Of a DNA stretch of 32,000 bases, positions 20,154-29,738 are shown one piece after another. Position 1 is the stretch's first letter; every line of letters begins with the position of its first letter. This stretch comes from Candidatus Methylomirabilis limnetica (GTDB taxonomy: Bacteria; Methylomirabilota; Methylomirabilia; Methylomirabilales; Methylomirabilaceae), in the NCBI RefSeq assembly GCF_003044035.1, contig NZ_NVQC01000013.1, forward strand, positions 30,001 to 62,000. Direction: 5' to 3'. The notes beneath the pieces are model-generated. The model had not been told where the DNA came from, ran no database searches, and worked only from the letters and a program-made list of their open reading frames with translations. The position numbers were made by a program, and so were the translations under genes.

Positions 20154-22766
20154 ATGCTGAGCGCTGCAGTCATAGGATGCGGGCCCCGCGGCATTGAGCA
20201 CGCGTGTGCTCTGAAGAGCGTTATCGGACTTGAACTTGTGGCTGTTGTCGATCAGTCGGCGCCGGCTTTACGTACGGCAATCGACTCCCTGGGCGTTCCA
20301 GGGTATCTGGATGTGAAGGAGCTTGTGGAACGCCATCGACCTGACATCGTGATCTGTGCGACGCCGGCACGCGGGCGAGCAGACTTGGTGATGCAGCTTG
20401 CCCCATTTCCAGGCATCCGCGCGATTGTTGTCGAGAAGCCGATGGCGGTGACCTTGGCCGAAGCCGAGTTGATGCTCGGAGCCTGCACGGCGCGAGGCAT
20501 ACTGTTGACGGTCTGTCATCAACTTCGGTTTTGCGATGAGTTTATTGCTATGAAGGCTGCGATCGACGCAGGAGAACTTGGCCGGATTGAGTTCCTTCGT
20601 GGAAGCTGCTACGGCAATCTCCTCAACCAAGGGCCACATCTGCTGGATGCCATTCGCTGGTTCGCCGGTACGCGGGAGATTTTGTGGATCATGTCTCAAT
20701 GGAGCGATGATCCGGATCTTCTCGCCCGGTATACACAAGGGGACCAAGGGTACCGGAATGATGACTCACACCCCGCTCCGATGTGGATGACGCATTACCT
20801 CGCCTTCGAGGGAGGATTGCGGGCCACATTGGAAACAGGACTCCTGTACCAGCGGTCCGGTACCTTTCGCGGCGACTGGCTGCAAAAGCGCGTGTCGGTG
20901 ACAGGCTCGAATGGACAGGCCGAATGTCAGGCGGCCGGTTACTTCAGGATCATCTCCAGCGAGCGCCCTGGCCCGGAGGTCCGAGATGGATCCATCGAAA
21001 GGTATCGTGCCGCCACGCGGGCATTCCACGAAGAACTACGCGACGCGCTTGAAGCCGGTATCCCCCATCGGAATGATGCAAAGGATGCCCTGAAGACGCT
21101 CGAAGCGGTAATCGGCTGCGCTCAAAGCGCGGTAGATGATGCGATGGCTGTGTTGCCTCTCGCCAGGGACCGTGATCCGGTATCAGAACTGGAGACATTT
21201 CGACAAGCCGTACGACGGGATACCCTCGCGTTCGGTTCACGCCGGACTATTCGGATCAGCGAACGAATCGACCGCGACGTGACGGAACCTGATATCTCGG
21301 TGATTGTGACGCTTCCGGATGATCGGGGGCTGGCTCAAGAGTGCGTGAAGAGCTGGGTCCATGGGCAGACCTACCCGCGGGAGCGGTTCCAATTGATAGT
21401 CGTGACCGACGGATCGGATCCGAACCGGGACGATCGCGTGAAAGCGCTGCTTGGACCGGGGGATGAGTTCATCTGTCATCATACATCCAACGAGCTGCAC
21501 TTGTACGACCTCGGTGCCCGCCGCGCCAAGGGCAAGCTGCTTTTCATCACAGAGCCGCACTGTATCGCAGAGCGCGAATGTCTGGAAGAGCTGAGCGCCT
21601 TTTTCTCCACCCATGATTACGACGGCGCATGTTGTCGGAGTATCGGAATCTGTTCGAACGTCATGGCGCGCATGGAGGAACAATTATTTGAAACGGGTTT
21701 TCGTCTCTTTTCTCAACGGGGCGACTGGCGCAAAGTGATTCTGCGCGGTTTCGCCGTTTATCGCGACACCTACCTGGAAGAGGGAGGCTTCGAATATGCC
21801 TATGGCCGCTTTGCCGAATGGGCTTTTGCGGCGAAGCTGCACAGCCGGGGTCGCCGGTTAGGATATGCGGCCGGTGCAGCCGTTCGGCATGAGTACACCA
21901 CAAGTTTTCGGGAGCTGTTTCCCTTTGTCAGGGAATTCACGCGCGGGGAGTGCGCCTATCGTCTGAGCGCGCTGCCTGCCTACTGTGAGCACTATTTCGG
22001 CTGTGCGCCGGAGTGGAGTGCGCGCGAATTGCTGCGTCCCTCGGTGGCCCGTTCCGCGTGCCGAGCGGCCTGGAGAAGCCTGTGGAGCGGGTTCCGCGAC
22101 GGCGTCGGCCGGGCGATGTTCGAGGTCCAGGCGAAGACGTTCCTGCAGACCCTGCCGATTGCCCTGTTGGGCCCACGCTGGCGAGTATTCGAAGCCGCCT
22201 GGGCACTCCAGATAGCACGGGCGAGGTCCCGGATGTGGCGCTTGAACGATCGGAGACTCTTTCGCGCCTATTCTGATGCGTATGAACGGATGGTCCGCTA
22301 CAGTCGACTCGAATATATCGCGGAGTATTTGGCCTCGTCCGGGCCGGTACTATCTGAGTCGTATGACTATAGGGTTGCTGAGGTTTCGGAAGAGCGACTT
22401 GTAGGCTTTCACGCCTTGGAGCAGTGGGAAAAGGAGTCGTTCCGCTGGTCCGGTCCGGTGTCGATGGTGCGTATAAGTCTCGCGGTGGCCTCATACGAGG
22501 TCCAAATCGATACTCGGTCTCTGCGAAGGGCCCCCGTCCCGCTCTGCCTTAGCATTTTCTTCAATCGTGTTAAACTACCCTCTTCTTCCGTCCAGTTCAA
22601 AGATGGGTTCGTATCGTTCTCGATTCAACCGTCCATGTTTGTGGACGGGCGTGAACAGCGGCTGATCTTGACCTGCAATCCCGTACGACCGTGGATGTTC
22701 GGCGTGCCCGATCGTCGCGAGCTGGGTCTGCCGATCTTCTCAATCGTCTTCCAACCGGTTGAGTAG
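20154..22766 (+). CDS. 870-aa fusion: Gfo/Idh/MocA-type oxidoreductase + GT2 glycosyltransferase + C-terminal beta-rich domain
   Basis: N-terminal part: AAVIGCGPRGIEHA...VVEKPMAVTLAEAE...TVCHQLRF (Rossmann fold of Gfo/Idh/MocA). Middle: ISVIVTLPDDRGLAQECVKSWVHGQTYPRERFQLIVVTDGSD (GT2). One uninterrupted ORF. Confidence 0.8.
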   Translation: MLSAAVIGCGPRGIEHACALKSVIGLELVAVVDQSAPALRTAIDSLGVPGYLDVKELVERHRPDIVICATPARGRADLVMQLAPFPGIRAIVVEKPMAVTLAEAELMLGACTARGILLTVCHQLRFCDEFIAMKAAIDAGELGRIEFLRGSCYGNLLNQGPHLLDAIRWFAGTREILWIMSQWSDDPDLLARYTQGDQGYRNDDSHPAPMWMTHYLAFEGGLRATLETGLLYQRSGTFRGDWLQKRVSVTGSNGQAECQAAGYFRIISSERPGPEVRDGSIERYRAATRAFHEELRDALEAGIPHRNDAKDALKTLEAVIGCAQSAVDDAMAVLPLARDRDPVSELETFRQAVRRDTLAFGSRRTIRISERIDRDVTEPDISVIVTLPDDRGLAQECVKSWVHGQTYPRERFQLIVVTDGSDPNRDDRVKALLGPGDEFICHHTSNELHLYDLGARRAKGKLLFITEPHCIAERECLEELSAFFSTHDYDGACCRSIGICSNVMARMEEQLFETGFRLFSQRGDWRKVILRGFAVYRDTYLEEGGFEYAYGRFAEWAFAAKLHSRGRRLGYAAGAAVRHEYTTSFRELFPFVREFTRGECAYRLSALPAYCEHYFGCAPEWSARELLRPSVARSACRAAWRSLWSGFRDGVGRAMFEVQAKTFLQTLPIALLGPRWRVFEAAWALQIARARSRMWRLNDRRLFRAYSDAYERMVRYSRLEYIAEYLASSGPVLSESYDYRVAEVSEERLVGFHALEQWEKESFRWSGPVSMVRISLAVASYEVQIDTRSLRRAPVPLCLSIFFNRVKLPSSSVQFKDGFVSFSIQPSMFVDGREQRLILTCNPVRPWMFGVPDRRELGLPIFSIVFQPVE

Positions 22767-23007
22767 GAGATGAAGGCCATTACGGCCCGGTACATCCGGG
22801 ACGTCCTCAGGCAAGGGTAATGCTCATGGCGAACTTTATCGTATTCGGCTATCCCAAACTGAAATATATTGTATAGTGTGCAATGATCTTGACACAATGC
22901 ATTTAGGACCAAAACCGCAACTATTTCGTCAAGCCGCACGGTGGCCTCCATGTACGAGTTCCCGTGGGCTCGAACCGTCGCTGGCTCATTACTTGAGGAA
23001 CTCGGAT

Positions 23008-23859
23008 ATGATGTGTGAGGGAGAGGCAATCCTATTGAGTGGGTGTACCGGCCTTTTCATTGGGCATCCTGGGCATGAACTTCGAATCTACGGGTGGGTG
23101 GAGAGGACAAAGCCACTGGTTCTCGCCATCACGGACGGGTCCGGTGGGGTTAAGGCAGATCGGACAGAGTCAAGCCGCACCCTGCTGGCGGAGACTGGGG
23201 CCAAAGCCGGACCGATCTTCGGGCGGCTTTCCGATAAGGAGGCATATAGCGCCATTCTTCGGAAAGATGTGGGGTTGTTCACGGGCCTTGCGGAGGAGGC
23301 AGCCGATATCTATGATCGTGCGGGAGTCACTGTGGTGGTAAGCGATGCGGCGGAAGGATTCAACCCGGTCCACGATCTGTGCCGGCTTATGGCCGATGCG
23401 GCGGTACGGCTTATGGAGGGGCGACGGCAGGCTAGGGTTCCAGTGTATGAATTCGACCTGGTCACCCCCCCGTGGGAGACCCAGGCATGTGATGCAGAGA
23501 TCAGAATCAACCTGACCGACGGTGAGCTTCGCAGAAAGATTGAGGCCGCTGAGCGATACAAGGAGCTGCGCGGCGAGATCAAGCGGGTGCTGGAGAATAC
23601 CCCTGCCGATGCCTTTCGAGAGGAGATTTTCAGGCCTGGAGGTCGCCGGCTGGGGCCTCCGGGTAAGCCGTTCTATGAGGGCTTTGGCGAGTGTCGTATT
23701 GCCGAGGGACTGTATGATCAGGTCATCAGGCGTGACATTCACTTAAAGCCAATTGCCGAGGCTCTGGCAGGATTAGGACGGCTGGCAAGAGGGTGGCAGC
23801 GTGAAGCCTCTCAAGATTCTCATTGCCAATATCACCATGGCGAGCCGGACAGGGACTGA
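23008..23859 (+). CDS. divergent PIG-L/LmbE-like (putative deacetylase) protein
   Basis: LFIGHPGHELRIYGW...LAITDGSGG...VVVSDAAEGFNPVHD parallels the PIG-L layout (AHPDDE ... TxG ... HxDH), but with HPGHE in place of HPDDE. ATG 23008 preceded by GAGGAA. Confidence 0.45.
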   Translation: MMCEGEAILLSGCTGLFIGHPGHELRIYGWVERTKPLVLAITDGSGGVKADRTESSRTLLAETGAKAGPIFGRLSDKEAYSAILRKDVGLFTGLAEEAADIYDRAGVTVVVSDAAEGFNPVHDLCRLMADAAVRLMEGRRQARVPVYEFDLVTPPWETQACDAEIRINLTDGELRRKIEAAERYKELRGEIKRVLENTPADAFREEIFRPGGRRLGPPGKPFYEGFGECRIAEGLYDQVIRRDIHLKPIAEALAGLGRLARGWQREASQDSHCQYHHGEPDRD

Positions 23860-24144
23860 GATCAACGTGCGGGATCTGGCTAAGAAACTGATTCGCCGGG
23901 GGCACGCTCCCGCCGTCTACAGTCCACATCTTGGCGAGATCACCCACGAAATCGGGCTACCACTATTCCGGTGATCGAGAACCTTTCCCTAATTGGTGAG
24001 ATGCTAGATATCATCCACGGGCATCACCACCCCGCAATCTCGGAGCGCGTACTGACCTGGCGCGCCACGCTCACACCGTCTAAGCGCGAGGAGTTTGCGA
24101 GCGTTGCGGGCGATCTGCTGGATGCTTTGGGGTACGAACCATGA
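23801..24144 (+). pseudogene. mosaic pseudogene: GT4 5' part (frameshifted) joined to a sulfotransferase-like 3' tail
   Basis: VKPLKILIANITMASRTGTEINVRDLAKKLIRRGHAPAVYSPHLG parallels the N-terminus of the ORF at 24141. After a frameshift at about 23955, IPVIENLSLIGEMLDIIHGHHHP continues the match. Then VLTWRATLTPSKREEFASVAGDLLDALGYEP* resembles sulfotransferase C-termini. Confidence 0.6.
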
Positions 24145-25700
24145 GCCGGCCACTAACGGTATTGCTCACCAACCTCTTTCTGAGTGGTCGCTCCGGAACC
24201 GAGATCCAGACGCGGAACATTGCGCTTGAGTTGCTTCGGCAGGGGCATCGGCCGCTGGTCCACGCGCCCGCGCTCGGCCCAATCGCGATGGAACTCAGGA
24301 ACGCATCGATCCCCGTGGTCACGGATCTGAACGATATCACGCAGCCAATCGACATCGTGCATGGCCATCACCTGCCGACTACGGTGGCCGCGGTGGCACG
24401 CTTTCCGGAGACTCCTGCCATCTTCGTCTGTCATGACTTTACTGCGTGGTACGATTCCCCGCCTCAATTCCCGACGATCCGTCGCTATGTGGCTGTCGAT
24501 GAAACCGTGTACGACCGACTTACTCTTGAAAGCGGCATTCCGACGGACAAGGTGTGCGTCCTGTTGAATGCTGTGGATATCAATCGTTTTGTGCCAGAGG
24601 CGTCGCTGCCACCGCAACCTCGACGCGCCCTCGCGTTCGCCAAGAACCAGGGGCACATCGCTGCGATACAAGCGGCCTGCGCGCAACGGGGTATTCATCT
24701 CGACGTTATTGGCTACTCGGTTGGCCGCACCATCGACGCACCAGAGCACGTCATTCCGGGCTACGACCTCGTCTTCGGCTCGGCGCTTTCGGCAATGGAA
24801 GCGATGGCGTGCGGCCGGGCAGTGGTGGTCTGCGATGGCCGCGGACTGGCGGGGATGTGCGACGTATCAAGATTTGCCGACTGGCGCCGGTTGAACTTCG
24901 GTTTGCGCACGCTGCGCCAGCCCCTGACGCCACAGACGATCGGGACCGAGATCGACCGCTACAACGCAATACAGGCAACCGAAGTCACCACGCGGCTGCG
25001 AGCGGAGGGCGGCTTAGCCGCGTATGTTGAACAATTGACGCTACTGTACCGGGAAGTGCTGGAAGAGCAGCGCCGGACGCCGCATTCAGCACATGAGCTT
25101 TCGCGGGCCATGGTTACATACCTGCAGGATTGGTATCCCAATGACGCGGGCCCCTGGCCTTGGGTACGCGAACGCCGCTTACTTTTGGACACAATCGATG
25201 ATCTATCGTACGGGGTACTGTGTGCGCCGCTGGACACGCCCCTGACTTTCGGTAGCGGAGAAACTCGTCGCTGGTGGTGGAGAATACGCGGATTCTCGAT
25301 TCCTGAAGACTGGGGAACGTGGACCGACGGGAGCCCGGCCATCGCCATGTTTCGTGTCGGCCAAGCCTGCGAACTGCACGCGAAATTCGTCATGCATCCG
25401 TTTGTGCCCGATGAAAACCGCGAACTTTCGGTAGATGTCACGGTCAATGGCCTGCTGCTGGATACCTGGGTCTTCCGCGGACCAGCCGGTATCGAGCCGC
25501 GAATGCGTTGCTTGCGCATTCCCGAGAAGGTTATTGGCGAGGACGGCGTAATCTGGTTGATGTTCGCCATCAAAAACTCTCGCTCGCCAAATCAGCTCGG
25601 CTTGTCGGACCTGGATCTGCGTTCGCTCGGAATCGGATTGCGGGAGGTGACGCTGCGAGCGTGGAATGCGTCAATGACTTTGAGACACTTTTTGCATTAA
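24141..25700 (+). CDS. GT4-family glycosyltransferase with a ~170-aa C-terminal extension
   Basis: LLTNLFLSGRSGTEIQTRNIALELLRQGH ... DLVFGSALSAMEAMACGRAVVVCD (GT-B E-x7-E region). Extension: GFSIPEDWGTWTDGS...VDVTVNGLLL...LSDLDLRSLGIGL. Confidence 0.8.
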   Translation: MSRPLTVLLTNLFLSGRSGTEIQTRNIALELLRQGHRPLVHAPALGPIAMELRNASIPVVTDLNDITQPIDIVHGHHLPTTVAAVARFPETPAIFVCHDFTAWYDSPPQFPTIRRYVAVDETVYDRLTLESGIPTDKVCVLLNAVDINRFVPEASLPPQPRRALAFAKNQGHIAAIQAACAQRGIHLDVIGYSVGRTIDAPEHVIPGYDLVFGSALSAMEAMACGRAVVVCDGRGLAGMCDVSRFADWRRLNFGLRTLRQPLTPQTIGTEIDRYNAIQATEVTTRLRAEGGLAAYVEQLTLLYREVLEEQRRTPHSAHELSRAMVTYLQDWYPNDAGPWPWVRERRLLLDTIDDLSYGVLCAPLDTPLTFGSGETRRWWWRIRGFSIPEDWGTWTDGSPAIAMFRVGQACELHAKFVMHPFVPDENRELSVDVTVNGLLLDTWVFRGPAGIEPRMRCLRIPEKVIGEDGVIWLMFAIKNSRSPNQLGLSDLDLRSLGIGLREVTLRAWNASMTLRHFLH

Positions 25701-25914
25701 TTTAGTGAGCAAGCACGTACGGTTTTGGCAGGGGCGAATTCAATTGTCATGATCCCGTCATAGGTGTTCGCCCTATGTGTAAAGGACTTGAATCTACTGA
25801 GGGTTCATTGATCTTGAGGGTGCAGGGCAGGATCTGGAGCGGTTCATTCAACAATCAAGAATTGCTGGTACCGACCCGCGGTCTGGCGAACTATTGGCTC
25901 GCATCGCCGAATTA

Positions 25915-26047
25915 GGCAGCGTCAAAGAATAACATGCACATATTCATGATCCGAAAAATGCGCAAACCCCCTCTTTCCCCCTTTCGAAAGGGGGATGAAG
26001 GGGGTTTGTTGCTTTGGTAGATGTAAATGTTAATTGTTGACGCCTCC
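25915..26047 (+). mobile_element. 133-bp MITE-like element, copy C, flanked by TTA direct repeats
   Basis: TTA at 25912-25914 and 26048-26050. TIR GGCAGCGTCAAAGAATAACAT / ATGTTAATTGTTGACGCCTCC. About 95% identical to the reverse complement of 5911-6043. Confidence 0.7.
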
Positions 26048-26053
26048 TTAGAG

Positions 26054-26612
26054 GGCAAGGTGGTCGACCTGCAGAAGATATGCGATGAGCGGCAGGAAGT
26101 CATCGTGGGCCTCGAAGGCGGCGCGGGAACGGCTGGATTGCCGCCAACTACATCATGGATCCGGGCAACCTGGCCGAGGTGCCCGACTTCGTGCGGCTCG
26201 CTGCCTCTCTCGGTCTGTGTGCGGTAAGTTTTTTCACGGCCGTTTATATCCCGACATGCGGCTTGCCCCGCTGGACGTATACGTACGTGACCAAATCCGG
26301 ATCGAAGCTCGGCAGGTCAGCCGGGAAACCGGCGTAACCGTCCGCTTCGCGCGCTCCCGATCGACGCCGCCACCGCAGTGCCCGTTCATGAACAGCGCCT
26401 ACCTGTGGCTCACCGGCGAGGTCGTCGCCTGCGATCGCATGGAACCGCCCGGTCGACCATGGCCGACCCGTATCTTCGGTAACGTCCGCGAAGCGCCGCT
26501 CTCTGAGATCTGGAACCGGCCCGAGTACCGGGCGTTCCGACAGGGGGTACTCTCGGAAAACCTGCCCAGTGAATGCCGCGGCTGCACCTTCTGCGACAGT
26601 GTGGTCTGCTGA
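26054..26612 (+). pseudogene. radical-SAM/SPASM-domain gene, 3' half only, frameshifted
   Basis: AANYIMDPGNLAEVPDFVRLAASLG..VSFFTAVYIP in one frame. Then DMRLAPLDVYVRDQIRIEA...CPFMNSAYLWLTGEVVACDRM...FGNVREAPLSEIWNRPEYRAFRQ...PSECRGCTFC in another; this is a SPASM-type Cys pattern. No CxxxCxxC core is present. Confidence 0.6.
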
Positions 26613-26617
26613 AACGT

Positions 26618-26647
26618 CGAGCCCAAGCACCGCGATGCTTGGGCTCG
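26618..26647 (+). terminator. perfect 12-bp stem hairpin 5 nt after the SPASM ORF stop
   Basis: CGAGCCCAAGCA-ccgcga-TGCTTGGGCTCG. No U-tract. The right arm is part of the GH-tail fragment. Confidence 0.3.
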
Positions 26648-26712
26648 TTGACCTCGACTTTATACCCAAACCGTCATGAGAAACCTACAAGCGAAAGATT
26701 GAAGAACGGTAG
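26638..26712 (+). pseudogene. 3' tail fragment of a paralog of the 17963-20098 hydrolase gene
   Basis: LGLVDLDFIPKPS*ETYKRKIEER* versus LGLVDLHFTPKPSWEAYRRKIGGR* at 20026-20098. Confidence 0.6.
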
Positions 26713-26868
26713 GTAGGAATTCATAATAGTGCTATATTACAGTATTCGTAATCGTATTAGGCTTTTAACAGTTGAAAACTGACTTAACAAGGACCATGAC
26801 GGCAAAACTAGGCGTCAGTGAAGGAAGCCGAAACTGTTCAATGAAACCAAGCGATACGGGAGTTTAAC

Positions 26869-26897
26869 TTGACATGCTCCCATGTTTCCATGAGAAT
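26869..26897 (+). promoter_or_regulatory. candidate sigma70 promoter upstream of fcl-cysC
   Basis: TTGACA (26869-26874), 17-nt spacer, GAGAAT (26892-26897), at the end of an AT-rich 170-bp stretch. A repeat-family-2 copy lies between it and fcl. Confidence 0.3.
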
Positions 26898-26937
26898 ACT
26901 GGCAACCTTCTTACCGTTGTCCTCTGAACTCTTGCTG

Positions 26938-27095
26938 TTGAATCTACTGAGGGTCGATACCCCGCGGCTTGCCGCGAGTTCGTCATACCGGCGGAAGCCG
27001 GTATCCAGAGGGCCCGACTGGATTCCGTGTCAAGCACGGAATGACGGGCCAGAACAGAAGGCGATACTCCGCGGCTTGCCGCGGGGAGGCTTCAC
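26938..27095 (+). repeat. REP/MITE-like repeat family 2, copy 3
   Basis: TTGAATCTACTGAGGG...CCGCGGCTTGCCGCGAGTTCGTCATACCGGCGGAAGCCGGTATCCAGAGGGCCCGACTGGATTCCGTGTCAAGCACGGAATGACGGGCC...CCGCGGCTTGCCGCGGGGAGGCTTCAC. Confidence 0.8.
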
Positions 27096-27155
27096 CGAGG
27101 AGCCTGGAGTTCGGCCTGAGCGCCTGGCAAGACGAGGCTAACCGCAGGACAATAG

Positions 27156-28124
<969 letters not shown>

Positions 28125-28151
28125 CTTTGCCGGACTGATTGTGATCAAACG

Positions 28152-28730
28152 ATGAGCGCTAATGTTGATGGCTTCACCTTGTGGTTTACCGGCCTTTCTG
28201 GGTCAGGCAAGACGACCCTGGCCCGACAGGTGTGGCGTGAACTCCGCGCCCGAGGGCTCAAGGTTGAAGTGCTGGATGGCGACGTCGTCCGCCAGAATCT
28301 GTCCAAGGGGTTGGGCTTCAGCAAGGAAGACCGCGATACGAATATCCGCCGGATCGGTTTCGTCTGCAACCTGCTCAGCCGAAACGGAGTAATTGCCATT
28401 GCTGCGGCCATTTCACCTTATCGCGCGGTGCGCGACGAGGTTCGTGCCTCTCAGGACACCGGTCGCTTCGTCGAGGTATTCTTGGATTGCCCAATCGAGC
28501 TGTTGATGAAGCGTGACGTGAAGGGGTTGTACCAGAAAGCTCTCACCGGAAAGGTTGAGAACTTTACCGGCATTTCCGATCCCTATGAGCCGCCTGAGAA
28601 TCCGGAGATCGTCCTCCATACCGACCAGGAGACCGAGGAGCAGAGCATGGCAAAGATTCTAGCTTGGCTGGAAGAGAGGGGCTATGTGCCACCCTACCAC
28701 GATCACGCCCCGGAGCGAGCATGTCCTTGA
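28152..28730 (+). CDS. cysC: adenylyl-sulfate (APS) kinase
   Basis: [14 protein letters not shown] (P-loop), [44 protein letters not shown]. Standalone, not fused to or next to sulfate adenylyltransferase genes. Confidence 0.92.
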   Translation: MSANVDGFTLWFTGLSGSGKTTLARQVWRELRARGLKVEVLDGDVVRQNLSKGLGFSKEDRDTNIRRIGFVCNLLSRNGVIAIAAAISPYRAVRDEVRASQDTGRFVEVFLDCPIELLMKRDVKGLYQKALTGKVENFTGISDPYEPPENPEIVLHTDQETEEQSMAKILAWLEERGYVPPYHDHAPERACP

Positions 28731-28958
28731 ATCTGACTTCCCCATGAGAAAGAAGCGCAGGGCGAGGAACCACCGGTGCCAGTTCCAGGCCGTCATTGAT
28801 GATTCGTGGATTCGTAGCATTAGACGTATGTGAGGTGAAGGTGCACCCCAAGGACGGAGTAGATGTTTCGGCACTGAACCCATAAGATGCGGCCCCTCTC
28901 TGCCAACACAGGGGGAGTTTAAATCTCGTTGAGGATCAGAATTCAACCTAAAAGAAAC

Positions 28959-29738
28959 ATGAAAACTATTCCTGTTATATATTCCTTCGCGCGCTCCGGC
29001 GGAACGCTGGTGAATCAACTTCTCGGTGTACATCCCGATTGTCTGGTTTTGTCGGAGGTCAACCCTGCTGGTTCAGTAGTTCCCGTGGCAATGCAAGCGG
29101 CTGACTGGTTAGGGTTCGTTGAGACGACTGAGGTAGGCCGATTCCAGGAATTGCCGTATTCACAGCAAATAGCTCTATTAGACGCACGTGCCAAATCCAA
29201 AGGTAAGACGCTGATTATTCGCGATTGGGTAACGGTCAACTATCTTCCGGGTGCGGGCGGCAGTACAATGGGGCCAAGCTACATTCTTGAGCAGTCTGTC
29301 TATCTGGCACGAGCAGGGTATTCGTTACAGCCATTAGTGCTTACGCGTAAAGCCAAGAGCGTGTATTGGTCAATCAGGCGTAACTTCATGCATATGGTAA
29401 ATTTGACGGTAGAGGAATTTGCCTTGTCCTATCTTGCCTATGCCAATGCGGTTAGCAGCTTTCATCGTATTAGTTTGGAGTCATTGCAATCGGCTCCCCG
29501 TGAAACGCTGATTCAATTATTGCAAGTAATAGGAGTCTCTATAGACTATGTTGATATGCAACTTAAGACTTTTGCTGATTTTCGCCAGTGTACGGGAAAT
29601 AACACATTAACAGTGCCATCTGCAACCAGTTATGAGCGTCACATTGTTCAGGTTAGTCAGGATTCTGTAGGTAGTATTGATACTTTGAATGCGGAGGTTT
29701 TAATAGAAGCAGATCGTCTCATGGGATACGAACTATGA
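28959..29738 (+). CDS. candidate PAPS-dependent sulfotransferase
   Basis: N-terminal IYSFARSGGTLVNQLLGVHPD resembles the 5'-PSB loop (xRSGTT). LVLTRKAKSVYWSIRRN resembles the 3'-PB region (R-x7-S). Immediately downstream of cysC. Visibly lower GC than its neighbours. Confidence 0.5.
   Translation: MKTIPVIYSFARSGGTLVNQLLGVHPDCLVLSEVNPAGSVVPVAMQAADWLGFVETTEVGRFQELPYSQQIALLDARAKSKGKTLIIRDWVTVNYLPGAGGSTMGPSYILEQSVYLARAGYSLQPLVLTRKAKSVYWSIRRNFMHMVNLTVEEFALSYLAYANAVSSFHRISLESLQSAPRETLIQLLQVIGVSIDYVDMQLKTFADFRQCTGNNTLTVPSATSYERHIVQVSQDSVGSIDTLNAEVLIEADRLMGYEL

Noticed and set aside
22770-23007. Intergenic stretch with a TTGACA hexamer and a 16-codon ORF (MKAITARYIRDVLRQG)
   Set aside because: There is no acceptable -10 element at 16-18 nt from the TTGACA. 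The mini-ORF has no ribosome-binding site or recognisable family, so the evidence is insufficient for a promoter or peptide call.
5911-26047. 133-bp hairpin elements as integron attC sites (TA cassettes are common in chromosomal integrons; the elements have ...ATAAC / GTTAA... near their ends)
   Set aside because: Both full copies are flanked by TTA direct repeats and have TIRs, which fits transposition rather than attC recombination. The copies are in opposite orientations, only three exist among more than 20 cassettes, and no intI is present. It is still worth one run of an attC covariance model.
521-26050. Possible CRISPR array formed by the recurring GC-rich hairpin repeats
   Set aside because: The copies are irregularly spaced (tens of bp to many kb), occur in both orientations, differ in length and sequence, and are not separated by uniform spacers. 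No cas genes are in the window. They behave like REP/MITE elements.
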